A stretch of DNA of 62,927 nucleotides, filler included, from Octopus bimaculoides (lineage: Eukaryota): assembly GCF_001194135.2 (NCBI RefSeq). It is 5 parts of 5 records of this genome, joined end to end, with 100 filler letters (N's around TTAATTAATTAA, not from the genome) between each part and the next. Parts side by side here need not be neighbours in the genome. Positions count along the whole stretch, not along the records: positions 58,569 to 62,927 come from NW_026302081.1; 4 more parts are not named here. One strand, 5' to 3'. Below, piece after piece: positions 62,471-62,927 of the stretch (within the stretch, counting starts at the first letter, position 1; each line of letters opens with the position of its first letter). The notes beneath the pieces were generated by a model. That model saw nothing but the letters and a program-made list of their open reading frames with translations. It had not been told where the DNA came from and made no database searches. Position numbers and translations under genes: made by a program.

Positions 62471-62927
62471 GCTGATCTGCATGTTATTTTGAATTTTGTA
62501 ATTTGTATATATATACACACAAAATATGGGGTTCAGTTCACAGGTGTTCTAAACGATTAGGTACGCTAGGTAAGTGCTGTAACGGATTACTAGGGCTCCA
62601 AGGTTATAAACGAGACGATAGTTATGGAGCCATTGCAGATTTCCGATATGGCGGATATACAGTTGTTAAAGAGGACAACAAACGTTAAAGCAAGGCAAAC
62701 ATCTCAAGTCATGTACATTATTACAATTGGAAAAACATTTCGAAGTTTTACAGCTGTTTCTGAGATATCTCAAAGTATGGGATATCCCACCATCGGAGAC
62801 AAATAGGGAAAATGAGAAGGATATGGATTAATGAAATGACGGAATGGAGGACAAGGAGTAAAGGAATAAGGAGAGGAAGAAAGAGAAGATATGTATGCAT
62901 GCATGTATATATATATATATATATATA

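Noticed and set aside
62544-62806. Peptides with KR pairs (neuropeptide-like) and a Cys-rich minus-strand frame; 26-nt AG...GTAAGT mini-exon
   Set aside because: No signal peptide, repeated peptide motif or recognisable family; short frames of this length are common by chance.

Overview
AT-rich animal genomic scaffold whose repeat content looks like octopus/cephalopod DNA. This is inferred from the tRNA-headed SINE families, the (TA)n/(CA)n/(TAGA)n density and the LINE types; it was not checked against a database. About 7.5-8 kb is N, and most gaps break at (TA)n tracts. I cannot identify a host protein-coding gene. Nearly all long entries in the ORF track are read-throughs of N gaps or microsatellites (YIYI, THTH, CVCV). 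The window is a mobile-element graveyard: (i) a restriction-like-endonuclease (R4/NeSL-type) LINE at 6300-10320 interrupted by a SINE and by a ~2.07 kb pogo-family DNA transposon, plus three more fragments of this LINE type; (ii) two Tc1-type remnants, one keeping DD34E spacing; (iii) two L1/Tx1-type RT fragments, RTE 3' ends, a CR1/L2-type 3' end and a hAT-type MITE; (iv) more than 30 SINE copies from at least four families. The most interesting signals are non-coding. Two minimal type I hammerhead ribozymes with intact cores and palindromic helix III lie at 42545-42609 (+) and 57732-57775 (-), and there are decayed hammerhead relics from other families. The 42545 copy carries a 9-nt loop II sequence that can pair across its own cleavage site. 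A tRNA-Gly(GCC) body whose anticodon reads GCT folds back on itself at a gap edge (56636-56703). A few weak candidate exons are reported at low confidence.
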